A stretch of DNA of 64,000 bases, taken from the NCBI GenBank assembly GCA_963724695.1, contig CAVRVW010000002.1:76868-140867 (forward strand), in the 5' to 3' direction. The notes below the pieces were generated by a model. It was not told where the DNA came from. It was given only the letters and a program-made list of their open reading frames with translations, and made no database searches. Every line of letters begins with the position of its first letter. Position 1 is the stretch's first letter. This DNA is from an uncultured Acidobacteriota bacterium. Its GTDB lineage: Bacteria > Acidobacteriota > Vicinamibacteria > Vicinamibacterales > CAVVIG01. Shown one piece after another: positions 1-12,633 of the stretch. The position numbers and the translations under genes are program-made.

Positions 1-1915
1 GACGCGCGTCTCGAGATCGACGACTCGAGCCGGGTGGCCACGCTCGAGCAGCCGGTGAGGCGGCGCGGATCGGCAGCGTTGCTGACAGCAGGTGCGCTGC
101 TGGCAATTCCCGGCCTCGTCTTGCTCGGGTACGTGCTCGGGAGCGCCCCGACGCCGATCTCGGCACCGCCTGCTCATGTCGAGTTGAGCGTCGCACCTGC
201 CACACGCCTCGGCGGGCCGCCGGCTCGGTTCGACCGGCCGACGCGTCCCGCGCTCGTCGTCACCTCTGATGGCACGCGCATCGTGTTCGTCGGTACCGCT
301 GCCGCAACGAGCCAGTTGTACGTGCGGTCGCTCGATGCGCGTCAGGCGAACGCCATCCCAGGTACTGAGGGCGCGCACACGCCTTTCCTGTCGCCCGACA
401 GCCAGTGGGTCGGCTTTCTGGCCGACGGGATCATCCGCAAAGTACCGCTCGCGGGTGGGCCGGTCGTGACGGTTGCCGATCTCAAGTCCACCGACCGTAT
501 CACTCCGTCTGCGCTCATCGCGCGGGGAACGGATTTCTACGGCGCCAGTTGGGGCCACGACGGCGCCATCGTGTTCGGGCGATTTGCCGATGGCCTGTGG
601 CAGGTGCCCGCCGCCGGAGGAACCCCTTCGCGCGTGACGACGGCGCCGAGCGGTGCGCACCGGCTTCCCCATCATCTGCCGGATGGGCGTGGTGTCCTGC
701 TGACCGTACGCGGCGTGCGGAGCGACATCGCCGTCCTGCCTCAGGGCGCGACCGAGCCGCGCGTGCTGATCGAGTCGGCGACCGACGGACGCTATGTCGA
801 CCCATCGCACATTGTCTTCGCGCGGGAAGGCTTGTTGATGGCGGTGCCATTCGATCTCGGATCGGCTGGCCGTAACCGGCAGTCCATTCGCGTTGGAAGA
901 AGACGTCATGGTCGCGGACGGAAGTGGAGGACCTGCTGCGAATGCCGGTGCGGCGCAGTTCGACGTCTCACGTTCGGGCACGCTGGTGTTCGCAACCGGA
1001 GGGCTCTACCCCGCAGAATCGTCACGGGTCGTGTGGGTCGATCGGTCGGGTGGCGTTGCGCCGATTCACACGGCGACGGGGGACTTCACCCGGCCGCGCC
1101 TGTCGCCGGACGGGCGTCGCGCCGCCGTGACCCTGCGGCCGGCATCGCGCGCCGAACCGGCCGGCGTGTACATCGCCGATTTCGCCCGCGGCGCCCTGAC
1201 GCCGCTGACCAGGACCGGGGAGTGGGGTCCGCTCTGGTCAGCGGATGGCTCGCACGTGCTGTTCCAGCAGGACGACGGCATGGGCCGCGTGCGCGTCGAC
1301 GGCTCGGCACCGATCGAACGGCTACACGACGTCGAAGCTTACCCGCATACCATCACGCGCGATGGAGCGACACTGTTGTTCCAGAAGACCAGCTCCGACT
1401 CGGGATCGAACATCTGGATGATGTCGCTCGGCGTTGATCGCACCGTTCGTCCGCTGTTGAACTCACCAGCGAACGAATCATGGGCAGAGCTGTCGCCCGA
1501 CAGCAAATGGCTCGCGTACGGTTCGGATTCGTCGGGACGGTTCGAGGTGTACGTGCAGCCGTTTCCAGGGCCGGGGCAACGCGAGCAGGTCTCGTTCGGC
1601 GGCGGCGATTCGCCGCTGTGGAGCCGGAATGGCCGCGAGTTGTTCTTCATGACACGCGGTGATCAGCCGGGCACCTCGCGCGTCAACGCGGTCAACGTCA
1701 TACCCGGCAGCGCGTTCACGTCCGGAACGCCACGTGTCCTGTTTCAAGGCCGGTTCGGTCGAACCGGCGGGCCGACCGCGTATGATGTGTCGCCCGACGG
1801 AAGCCGGTTCCTGATGACCGAGTACCTCGATCCGCTCACGCAGCCGGTCACACGGATTCATGTGGTCCTCAACTGGTTCGAGGAGCTTCGGCGCGCGCAG
1901 ACTCTGAGCCAGTAA
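1..1915 (+). CDS. C-terminal part of Ser/Thr kinase with TolB-like (PD40) beta-propeller; starts before window; frameshift near 860
   Basis: Frame 1 opens with DARLEIDD (kinase C-terminal end), then a TM segment, repeats PFLSPDSQWVGF and AELSPDSKWLAY, and terminal VVLNWFEEL. ORFs 34..1437 and 893..1915 join. Confidence 0.85.
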
Positions 1916-2001
1916 CCAACCTGGACGAAGACGGGTGCGACGAGGTCATCCCCGCACCAGGTCGCAGCGACGTTGTGTAGAATCGCTACCTCAACAGCCC
2001 T

Positions 2002-4680
<2,679 letters not shown>

Positions 4681-4722
4681 ATGTCGCTGATTAGCGCGAG
4701 GGCGCCTCAGCAGATCCGCGAA

Positions 4723-5085
4723 TCACTGCGAGTTCTCGCCAAGCCAGTGCCCCACGCTGATCGCGATGATCACAAACGCGCCTCCCGCAATCGCCGCGAT
4801 GAGGCCAATCGTCTTCGGCCGACTGGGCTCTTCGCGCTCCACCCGCACCAGGTCCGAATCAGCAAAACGCCGGCCGTCGGTGGCGACGAGCGTCTCGCCT
4901 TCGACCTGCTGCACGACGAAACGCGCGCTCGTGCCGTCACGCGTCAGCACGACGACGGCATCGCCGGACTGCACGGCCCTGGGGGGCGGTTCTCCCGGGA
5001 CGGTGGGACGGACGGTCTTCAGGCTTGTGCAGCCGGCGAACGTCATGGCGCTGACCAGAACCGCGGCAATGAGCCGTCGAGACAC
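4723..5085 (-). CDS. Hypothetical lipoprotein
   Basis: GTG start, MSRRLIAAVLVSAMTFAGC with lipobox, C-terminal hydrophobic helix. Confidence 0.6.
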   Translation of the reverse strand: MSRRLIAAVLVSAMTFAGCTSLKTVRPTVPGEPPPRAVQSGDAVVVLTRDGTSARFVVQQVEGETLVATDGRRFADSDLVRVEREEPSRPKTIGLIAAIAGGAFVIIAISVGHWLGENSQ

Positions 5086-5178
5086 GATGAACACTTCTTC
5101 AGTATCTACCTCAACCAGCGGTCCAGGAAGACGTCTGTGTGGGCTTGAGGTCGGGAGATGCACAAGGGACAATGAGAC

Positions 5179-6508
5179 ATGAACGTACGGTGGTCCTTGA
5201 TTGCGGTCGGCGTGGGTGCGCTGGCCATCGTCAGCGCGTCCGCACAGCCGCGCTGGCCGCAGTTCCGCGGCGAGAATGCCGGCGTCGTCGACGACAACCC
5301 GGCGCTGCCGGAGTCGTGGAGTGCGACGGAGAACGTCGCATGGAAGACGTCGATCCCGGGCATCGGCTGGAGCTCACCCGTGGTGTGGGACGACCACGTC
5401 TTCGTGACGGCGGCGGTGAATACCGGCGCGCCGGAACCGATCAAGTCGGGGCCCTTGCGCGGCGGCGACGTGGTCAAGCCGGCTGCGCCGTACAAGTGGG
5501 TGGTGTACGACGTCAGCCTGGAAACCGGCAAGGATTCGCTGGCAGAAGGACGTCGCCACGGCCGTGCCGGCCGACGGCACGCACATGAAGAACACCTATT
5601 CGTCGGAGACGCCGGTCACCGACGGCGAGCGCGTTTACGCGTACTTCGGAAACCTCGGCGTCTTTGCGTTCGATCTGGCGGGACAGCCCGTCTGGTCGAA
5701 ACCGATGGGTCCGTTCAAGTTCAGGAGCGGCTGGGGGTCGGCCGCGTCGCCCGTCCTCCACGACGGACGCCTGATCGTCGTGAACGACAACGACACCGAA
5801 TCGTTCATCGTCGCGTACGACGCGAAGACGGGGCGAGAGCTGTGGAAGCAGGCCCGCGAGACCGGCACCAACTGGGTGACCCCGTACATCTGGAAGAACC
5901 CCCGGCGTACGGAGCTGGTCGTGCCCGGGTCGATCAAGACACGCTCGTACGATCTCGATGGCAAGGTCTTGTGGGAGCTCGCCGGGATGTCGACCATCGA
6001 CATTCCGACGCCGTTCGCAGCCCACGGCCTGCTGTTCGTCAACTCCGGCTATTCTGCCGACGCGCTCCGGCCGGTCTACGCGATTCGCCCCGGCGCCTCG
6101 GGCGACATCACGCTGAAGGAAGGCCAGACGAGCAACGACTACATCGCGTGGTCGCATCCCACGCTCGGGTCGTACAACCCCTCGTCGCTCGTCTACGGCG
6201 AGATCTACTACACCCTCCACGACCGCGGGTTCGTCACGGCGAACGACGCGCGCACCGGCAAGGAGATCTACGGCCGGCAGCGGATATCGGCCGAGGCGAG
6301 CGGTTTTTCGGCGTCGCCCTGGGCCTATAACGGCAGGATCTTCGCGCTCAGCGAGGACGGCGATACGTTCGTCTTCGCCGCGGGCCCCGAGTTCAAGCTG
6401 ATCGGCAAGAACTCGATCGAGGAACGGACGCTCGCGACGCCGGCCGTGGCCGGGAACAGCCTCGTCATCCGCACCGCCTCGAACCTCATCCGAATCGTCC
6501 GTCGATGA
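5179..6508 (+). CDS. PQQ-binding-like (BamB family) beta-propeller protein; frameshift near 5535
   Basis: Signal peptide, WPQFRG, GWSSPVVW, SSETPVTDG, SASPW, LATPAV. Joined from ORFs 5179.. and 5564..6508. Confidence 0.85.
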
Positions 6509-6509
6509 G

Positions 6510-8084
6510 TCAGCGCACCAGGGTGGGCAGCACGTAGGACACCGCCGCGCCAGGCCCGACCGGGATTTCGAGCGCCACCCAGATCGCGGTCAAGACGGCT
6601 CCTCCCACGTAGAACGCAATGCTGAAGGGCACCACCAGAGCGAGCAGCGAGCCCAGCCGGAAGTCCGGAACCGAACGCTTGCATAAAACCAGCGTCAGCA
6701 CGAAGTAGGGATTCAGCGGCGAGATCAGGTTGGTGACGGTGTCGCCCACTCGATAGGCCGCGGTCGTCATCTCGGGGGAGATGCCCAGCAGCATCATCAT
6801 GGGCGTTGCCAGGGGCCCCATCGCCGTCCATTTCGCCGAACCGGACGCGATCAGAAAGTCGAGCCACGCAGACATGGTCGTCAGCATCGGCAGAAGAAGC
6901 GCCGGCGGTGCGTTCATCGCGCGCAGCTGGCCGGCGCCGACGATCGCCGTGATCGGCCCCAGGTTCGACCAGCCGAACATGGCCACGAACTGGGCCGCGA
7001 AGAACACCAGCACCAGATAGGGCAACATCCCGACCAGGCCTTTCTCCATCATCGCCACGACGTCGCGGTGGGATCGGATCGTGCCCGTGGCCGCGCCGTA
7101 GGCGCAGCCGGTGGAGAGAAAGAGCACCAGGAACCCTGGCGTCAAACCCCGGAAGAGCGGCGTGAGCCGCTGGCCCGGCGCGGCGGCCTCGTCGTACAAC
7201 GGCGTGAAGCCGGGCCAAAGCGCCAGGGCGGCGAACACCGCGACGACTCCCAGTGCGGCCAGCCCCGCTGCCCTCAAACCACGCCGTTCCGCCGCAGTGA
7301 GCGGCGGAGCTTGCCGTTCGCCTCCTTCGGCGTGGCCGCCGTGCCATGCCCCGAGTCGCGGCGCGACGATGCGCTCGGTGACGAACCAGCCCAGTGCGGT
7401 GAACACGACGGCAATTGCGACGGTGAACCACCAGTTACCCAGGGGGTTCATCGTCCACCCGGGTTCGATCAGCCGGGCTCCGGTTTCGGTGATGCCCAGG
7501 ATCAGCACATCGTATTGACCCGGCAGCAGATTGCCCGCCAGGCCGACCGACACACCGGCGAATCCCACCGTGAGGCCCAGGATCGGATGGCGCCCGGCGG
7601 CGGCGAACGTCACACCGGCAAGCGGGACGAAGACGACGTAGCCGGCATCGACCGCATGGCACGTCAGCATGCCCATCAACATCGTCGCGGGTACCAACGC
7701 CCGTTTCGACACGGCGCCGAGGGCTGCGCGCATGAGCGCAGCGAACAGGCCGCTGCCGTCCGCCACGCCCGCGCCGAGCAGGATCGTGAGCACCAGGCCC
7801 AGTGGCGGGAATCCCGTGTAGGTGCGCGGTGTCTCGGCGATGACGAGCTGCAGCGACTCTTCCGACAGCAGGCTCTTCACCGCGAGCGTGTCGCCGGTGA
7901 CTGGATTCACCGCGGACCACCCGGCAGCCGCACCGACTGCAGACAGCGCCATCAGCAGCGCGATCAAGCCGACGAAGATGAGTACCGGATCGGGAAGGAC
8001 GTTGCCCAGTCGCTCGACGCTGTCGAGAAAGGCGTTGCGATCCTGCCCAGTGGGGCCGAGACGGGTGCCGACGGCAGGGGTCAA
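6510..8084 (-). CDS. abgT: AbgT family (p-aminobenzoyl-glutamate) transporter
   Basis: VERLGNVLPDP, FPPLG, AGRHP, SGSAKW, AAYRVGDT and ISPLNPYF motifs; many TM helices. Confidence 0.88.
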   Translation of the reverse strand: MTPAVGTRLGPTGQDRNAFLDSVERLGNVLPDPVLIFVGLIALLMALSAVGAAAGWSAVNPVTGDTLAVKSLLSEESLQLVIAETPRTYTGFPPLGLVLTILLGAGVADGSGLFAALMRAALGAVSKRALVPATMLMGMLTCHAVDAGYVVFVPLAGVTFAAAGRHPILGLTVGFAGVSVGLAGNLLPGQYDVLILGITETGARLIEPGWTMNPLGNWWFTVAIAVVFTALGWFVTERIVAPRLGAWHGGHAEGGERQAPPLTAAERRGLRAAGLAALGVVAVFAALALWPGFTPLYDEAAAPGQRLTPLFRGLTPGFLVLFLSTGCAYGAATGTIRSHRDVVAMMEKGLVGMLPYLVLVFFAAQFVAMFGWSNLGPITAIVGAGQLRAMNAPPALLLPMLTTMSAWLDFLIASGSAKWTAMGPLATPMMMLLGISPEMTTAAYRVGDTVTNLISPLNPYFVLTLVLCKRSVPDFRLGSLLALVVPFSIAFYVGGAVLTAIWVALEIPVGPGAAVSYVLPTLVR

Positions 8085-8178
8085 CGTGTGGCGTGATTAT
8101 ACGGCCGTCAACACACGCTGGATCTTCATTTCGGTCGTCGCTGTGCTACGGCCTCTCGGACTCTTGCTTGGCCGCTCC

Positions 8179-8892
8179 CTAACGGGCTCCGGAGACCAGC
8201 TGAGGCTCTGGACGATAGAAATGCGGCAACAGCCGTTTGAGATTCGCGATCTTCGGAAGGTCGTTGTAGACGATGTACGGCTGCCTTGGATTGCGGACGA
8301 GGTAATCCTGGTGGTACTTCTCGGCCGGGTAGAACTGCCGTCCGATCTCGATCGTCGTCACGATCCGCTTCTTGAACAGGCGGGCCTCGTCGAGTTGCGC
8401 GATGTAGGCTTTCGCCACCGCGGCCTGTTCAGCGTTGGCCGCGAAGATCGTGGATCGGTACTGCGTGCCGGTGTCCGGCCCCTGGCGGTTGAGCTGTGTC
8501 GGGTCGTGGGCGACAGCGAAGAAGATCTGCAGCAACTGTCCGTAGGTGACCTGCTGCGGGTCGTAGGTGACCTGCACCGACTCGGCGTGCCCTGTCGTGC
8601 CGCTGTTGGTCACCTCGTAGATCGCGGTGCTCTTGGCTCCTCCGGCGTAGCCTGAGAGCGCGTTGCTCACGCCTTTGACGTGCTGGAACACGCCCTGCAC
8701 GCCCCAGAAGCATCCGCCGGCCAGGACCGCCACCTGCGACGGCGCCTGGCTCGCGGGAAGATCGCTGGCCGGCGTCGGAAGGACGAGGCCTTCCTGGGCG
8801 CCTGCCGGCATCATCTTCATCGCCAGCGCGGCGACCAGGAGCACCGCCACGATCAGGCCGGACGAACGTCGTCGGTCAACGCTGCGCTTCAT
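8179..8892 (-). CDS. msrA: Peptide-methionine (S)-S-oxide reductase with signal peptide
   Basis: AGGCFWG active site, GHAE, HDPTQLNRQGPDTGTQYRS, FYPAEKYHQDY. Confidence 0.95.
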   Translation of the reverse strand: MKRSVDRRRSSGLIVAVLLVAALAMKMMPAGAQEGLVLPTPASDLPASQAPSQVAVLAGGCFWGVQGVFQHVKGVSNALSGYAGGAKSTAIYEVTNSGTTGHAESVQVTYDPQQVTYGQLLQIFFAVAHDPTQLNRQGPDTGTQYRSTIFAANAEQAAVAKAYIAQLDEARLFKKRIVTTIEIGRQFYPAEKYHQDYLVRNPRQPYIVYNDLPKIANLKRLLPHFYRPEPQLVSGAR

Positions 8893-8955
8893 GTCGATCA
8901 CATGACCCTCCCGATTATTGTGCCGTACCGAACGGAAGCACCGATAAGGAGATTC

Positions 8956-9948
8956 ATGGAGAAGGCGAACGGGACCCCTGTCGGGCTGAAATGGGAAGAG
9001 GAGTCCGAATGCGGTGTCTGCTCGTGCACCCGATGGCGGCCCGTTGGAGCGATCCATGGACGGCGGTACGGGATGTGTTCGGATTGCGGGGTTGTTCGAC
9101 TCGTTGATCGCGTCGCAGAGTCAGCTCTCGACGTGCTCTATGCGCATTACTACACACCCCGAGAGCTGAGCCGTGAAGAGCTGGAGCGGCAATTGAGCAA
9201 CCCTACCTTTCTGCATCGCCTGAGAAGACTCGAGCTGACGGTCGGATCACGGGAGCGGCGCATCTTCGAGATTGGCTGCGGCGATGGTAACTTCCTGGCT
9301 TCATTGCAGCGGACAGGATGGAAGGTGGACGGTTCCGAGTTCAGCAGTGACACCGTGTCGCAGGTGCGCGACAGGCACGGTATCGCTGTCACAGATGTCG
9401 ACGTCACCAAACAGGTGCCTTCGTCCGCTCCTTACCCGGTTGTCGCCGCCTATCACGTCCTCGAGCACGTGTACCGGCCTGAAGAATGGCTCCTGGGAGT
9501 TCGCAAGCTCGTCGAGCCGCAGGGCCTGCTCCACCTTCAAGTGCCAAACTGGGCGTCGCTCACACACGCCCTGACCGGGATCGCGTGGTCGTCCATGACG
9601 TTTCCACAGCATGTGTACTTCTACACCCCCCACACCCTTGGTGCCCTTCTCTCGAACTGCGGCTTCGATGTGATCGCGGCGACGACATGGGATCCATGGC
9701 ATGGCCCCGGCACGACGAGGAGTTCGTTCGGCAGTCGCGCCAGGCACTTTGTCACAGGCCAGCTGCCGTGGAGTGCCGCACCCGGTCATTCGACGAATGG
9801 ACCAGGGGCTGTGGAGACCAGCGAGAAGGTGCCCTGGCGGCGTGTGTCGCACGCACTCGTGCAGGTCGCCGGCGGCTGGGTGGCACGTCTGGAAGCGCTG
9901 ATCGGACGTGGCGGGGTCGTGGATTTCGTCGCGAAGCGCGTCGATTGA
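8956..9948 (+). CDS. Class I SAM-dependent methyltransferase with N-terminal Cys motifs
   Basis: AAGGAG RBS before ATG 8956; CGVC and CSDC; FEIGCGDG; HVLEH; QVPN. Confidence 0.85.
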   Translation: MEKANGTPVGLKWEEESECGVCSCTRWRPVGAIHGRRYGMCSDCGVVRLVDRVAESALDVLYAHYYTPRELSREELERQLSNPTFLHRLRRLELTVGSRERRIFEIGCGDGNFLASLQRTGWKVDGSEFSSDTVSQVRDRHGIAVTDVDVTKQVPSSAPYPVVAAYHVLEHVYRPEEWLLGVRKLVEPQGLLHLQVPNWASLTHALTGIAWSSMTFPQHVYFYTPHTLGALLSNCGFDVIAATTWDPWHGPGTTRSSFGSRARHFVTGQLPWSAAPGHSTNGPGAVETSEKVPWRRVSHALVQVAGGWVARLEALIGRGGVVDFVAKRVD

Positions 9949-9964
9949 GTGGGCGCTCGGCGCC

Positions 9965-10393
9965 CTATGCCGTAGTGCTGAGTCGCCGCAGCCAGACCGA
10001 GGACAACAGGAACAGACACACGAGGCACGCAGCCAGCATCAACGGGCTCTGTGCCAATGCCGGTTCCAGGACGGCGCTGAAAACGCGCGCTCCTGTCACT
10101 GCCGCGACCCCGACGACAATCGTGTTGGTCGCCATTTCCACAACCTCAGGGCTGACGAGACGTGCGCCGGAACGGTGCTGCAGCTCTTCGACGGCTCTGA
10201 CGGCCACGCGCTCTGAGAAGTACTGCGGAGGCGTCCACATGGGCTCGTCATGGAGGAGCGCGTCGAGCCGTGCGAACGCGGCTTGCGCGGCACGGCATTC
10301 GGCGCACACGGCGATGTGTGCCTCGATCGCCGTCGTTTCCGCCGCAGACGGTTCTCCCGCCGCCAGGGCCTCGCGGCACGCGTCGCAGGTCAC
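9965..10393 (-). CDS. Zinc-finger (HxxxCxxC) anti-sigma factor
   Basis: AHIAVCAEC motif, C-terminal TM helices, overlaps the ECF sigma stop. Confidence 0.8.
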   Translation of the reverse strand: MTCDACREALAAGEPSAAETTAIEAHIAVCAECRAAQAAFARLDALLHDEPMWTPPQYFSERVAVRAVEELQHRSGARLVSPEVVEMATNTIVVGVAAVTGARVFSAVLEPALAQSPLMLAACLVCLFLLSSVWLRRLSTTA

Positions 10394-10983
10394 GACGCGC
10401 CTCCCGCTGTCCGCTGAAGCACATGGCCGATGCGCTCCCGGATCTGCTGTTTCGCACGAAACACCAGCGTCTTGACCGTGCCCACAGGCATGTCGAGCAT
10501 CGCCGCAATCGTACCGTAGTCAAGGCCGTCGATCGCGGCATAGACGAGTGGGACGCGGTACTTCTCGGGGAGCTGCGCGACCTGTTCTCGAATGAGACGA
10601 TGCATCTGTTTCACCTCCAGAACGGCCTCTGGCGTGGGGCGCACGTCCTCCAATCGCCCGAGGAGGCTCTGTCCTGTCTCTGCGTCCGGCACGTCACCGG
10701 AGATGGTGGGCGCAGTTGCGCGCCTCCGGACGTGGTCGATCGCCACCCGATGGGCGATCGTGCACACCCAAGTCGAGAGCTTGGCCTGCCCGCGAAACGC
10801 CGGCAACCCCCGAAAGACACGCAGGAACGTCTCTTGAACAAGGTCCTCGACGACGTTCTGCTCCCCGGTCGCCCGCCAGATGACCGTGCCGACGAGGCGG
10901 GCGTGAGCGTCGACCAGAGTCGCGCACGCCAGCTGATCGCCGGCCACGCATCGGGCCAGCAATTGGACATCGTCACCATCCAT
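10390..10983 (-). CDS. ECF RNA polymerase sigma factor
   Basis: EDLVQETFLRVF (region 2), STWVCTIA, IAAMLDMPVGTVKTLVFRAK (region 4.2). Confidence 0.92.
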   Translation of the reverse strand: MDGDDVQLLARCVAGDQLACATLVDAHARLVGTVIWRATGEQNVVEDLVQETFLRVFRGLPAFRGQAKLSTWVCTIAHRVAIDHVRRRATAPTISGDVPDAETGQSLLGRLEDVRPTPEAVLEVKQMHRLIREQVAQLPEKYRVPLVYAAIDGLDYGTIAAMLDMPVGTVKTLVFRAKQQIRERIGHVLQRTAGGAS

Positions 10984-11015
10984 GAAGGGGGCGTTCCGCG
11001 GGCATTGAGCAATGA

Positions 11016-11041
11016 GACGGATACCACAGGCTCCGGTTTCA
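11016..11041 (-). promoter_or_regulatory. ECF-type promoter of the sigma/anti-sigma operon
   Basis: Minus strand reads TGAAAC-N16-CGTC. Confidence 0.75.
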
Positions 11042-11062
11042 CCCAACATGGAGGAGCGCGTG

Positions 11063-11088
11063 TGAAACCGGAGGCCTTCCCGTCCGTC
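11063..11088 (+). promoter_or_regulatory. ECF-type promoter of the divergent membrane protein gene
   Basis: TGAAAC-N16-CGTC; shares TGAAACCGGAG and TCCGTC with the opposite promoter. Confidence 0.75.
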
Positions 11089-11129
11089 ACATGGGCCAAA
11101 CGCACTTGAAAAGCCCGGAGGACGCCGAG

Positions 11130-11591
11130 ATGGAATCCCTAAGCGACACAATCGTGACCCTCGCCGCCATCGTCCTGACCCTGGGGTTGGTGCCCCTGGG
11201 CGCCTACTTCGACCACCGCAAGCGCAAGATGGTGTTCGAAGAGCGGCGTCTGATGATCGAACGTGGAATGCAGCCGCCGGCGGCACTGCCGGACACGGGT
11301 CCGCTTGCCATGCTGCATGGCGCCGGCGGGCTCGCCCCTCGTGACACCAAGACCGCCGTGGAAGCCTGCTTGCGGCGCGGGATTGTCCTGGCGTTCCTGG
11401 GGGCTGGCCTGTGGGTTGGGGACTCCGTCCTCAATCAGCGTCTAGCGACCCTCGCGGAGTACGGCAGCCAAGGCGCGCAAGCGTTCATTGCGTCGGGCGC
11501 TCTCGCCGCCGCCGGCGCCGTGCTCGGGTTGACGGGAATCGGCAACCTCGTCTACTACGCTCTGGCCAGAAGCCGTCGGGACCTCTCCTGA
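11130..11591 (+). CDS. Membrane protein, DUF6249-like
   Basis: GGAGG RBS; TM helix, ERRLMIERG, two further TM helices; divergent from the ECF sigma. Confidence 0.65.
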   Translation: MESLSDTIVTLAAIVLTLGLVPLGAYFDHRKRKMVFEERRLMIERGMQPPAALPDTGPLAMLHGAGGLAPRDTKTAVEACLRRGIVLAFLGAGLWVGDSVLNQRLATLAEYGSQGAQAFIASGALAAAGAVLGLTGIGNLVYYALARSRRDLS

Positions 11592-11672
11592 GGGCGCAGT
11601 TTCCGCTTCGCTGTAGGCCAATGCCGTCCGATAGCTCCAGTCTGAGTGGAAGCCGCAGCGCTCCAGCGAAGC

Positions 11673-12560
11673 TCATCGGAATAGATCGTTCGCGGCAGTC
11701 GCCTGAGTCAACGGAATGAGCGGCAGTTCCCCTTTCAATGCGCCTCTGGACGCCTCAGACACCTTTTGCACGATGTCGTCCGAGTACTGCGTCTTGTGAC
11801 ACGCCATCGCTCGGCGGGACGCCTCGAAGTCCGTCGCGGAGAACGGAACGCGAACGCTGAAGTACTTCAGCGACGGGATGAGGAAGGGCGGCTCTCCGCG
11901 GGACGGATTCATCACCCGAAATCCCTCGATTGGAAGCGACACGTAGAACAGACGCTCCGGCACGCCCGGTGCGCCGGCCCGTGCGAGCTGCGTCACGATG
12001 CTGCTCACAAGCCGATGATCGGGATGGCCCGTTGCCCCGTCCGGTCCCCACGTGATCACGGCGTCGGGGCGGATCCGCAGCAGTTCTTCCTGCATCCGAG
12101 CGGTCAGCTGGAAGAGACGCGCCCGATCCTCCATGTAGCTGCCGAGGTGCGCGTCCGGGAACCCGAGCAGGATCGGGGGATGGATCCCGAGCGCGTCCGT
12201 TGCGCACCGAGCCTCTTCGCTACGCACGCGGGCGAGTTCTGGACCACGCGGGATCGAGGTATGTGCCCCACCCTGAGCGCCGTCCGTGGCGATGACCAGA
12301 TAGACCTGCGCGCCGTCCCGCGCGTACCGCGCGAGGATCGGACCCGCCGCTCCCTCGTCGTCTGGGTGAGCGAACACTGCGACCAGCGTCCTGGAGGCGC
12401 CCTGGGCTGCGACCCCTGTAAACACCATCGATTTCAGAACGGGCACGGCCACGGTGATCATCAGTTGATACAGCAGCGCCATGATCGCGATCGCCGCGAT
12501 CACCATCGTGCAGGTCGCGATCGTCTCGAACACCACGCCTTTAGGATTTCTGTTCTTCAT
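11673..12560 (-). CDS. PIG-L/LmbE family deacetylase
   Basis: FAHPDDE, ATDG, GHPDH and CHKTQ motifs; AGGAGG RBS. Confidence 0.9.
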   Translation of the reverse strand: MKNRNPKGVVFETIATCTMVIAAIAIMALLYQLMITVAVPVLKSMVFTGVAAQGASRTLVAVFAHPDDEGAAGPILARYARDGAQVYLVIATDGAQGGAHTSIPRGPELARVRSEEARCATDALGIHPPILLGFPDAHLGSYMEDRARLFQLTARMQEELLRIRPDAVITWGPDGATGHPDHRLVSSIVTQLARAGAPGVPERLFYVSLPIEGFRVMNPSRGEPPFLIPSLKYFSVRVPFSATDFEASRRAMACHKTQYSDDIVQKVSEASRGALKGELPLIPLTQATAANDLFR

Positions 12561-12606
12561 GACCGCCTCCTGGACGCCACGGTAGCGCGGGTCGAGGCGA
12601 TTCAGG

Positions 12607-12633
12607 CTTGAGGAAACCTTGAGGTTTCCCTGA
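12607..12633 (-). promoter_or_regulatory. Putative operator: 11-bp-period direct repeats with an internal palindrome
   Basis: Minus strand TCAGGGAAACC TCAAGGTTTCC TCAAG; palindrome GGAAACCT-TG-AGGTTTCC at 12612-12629. Confidence 0.55.
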
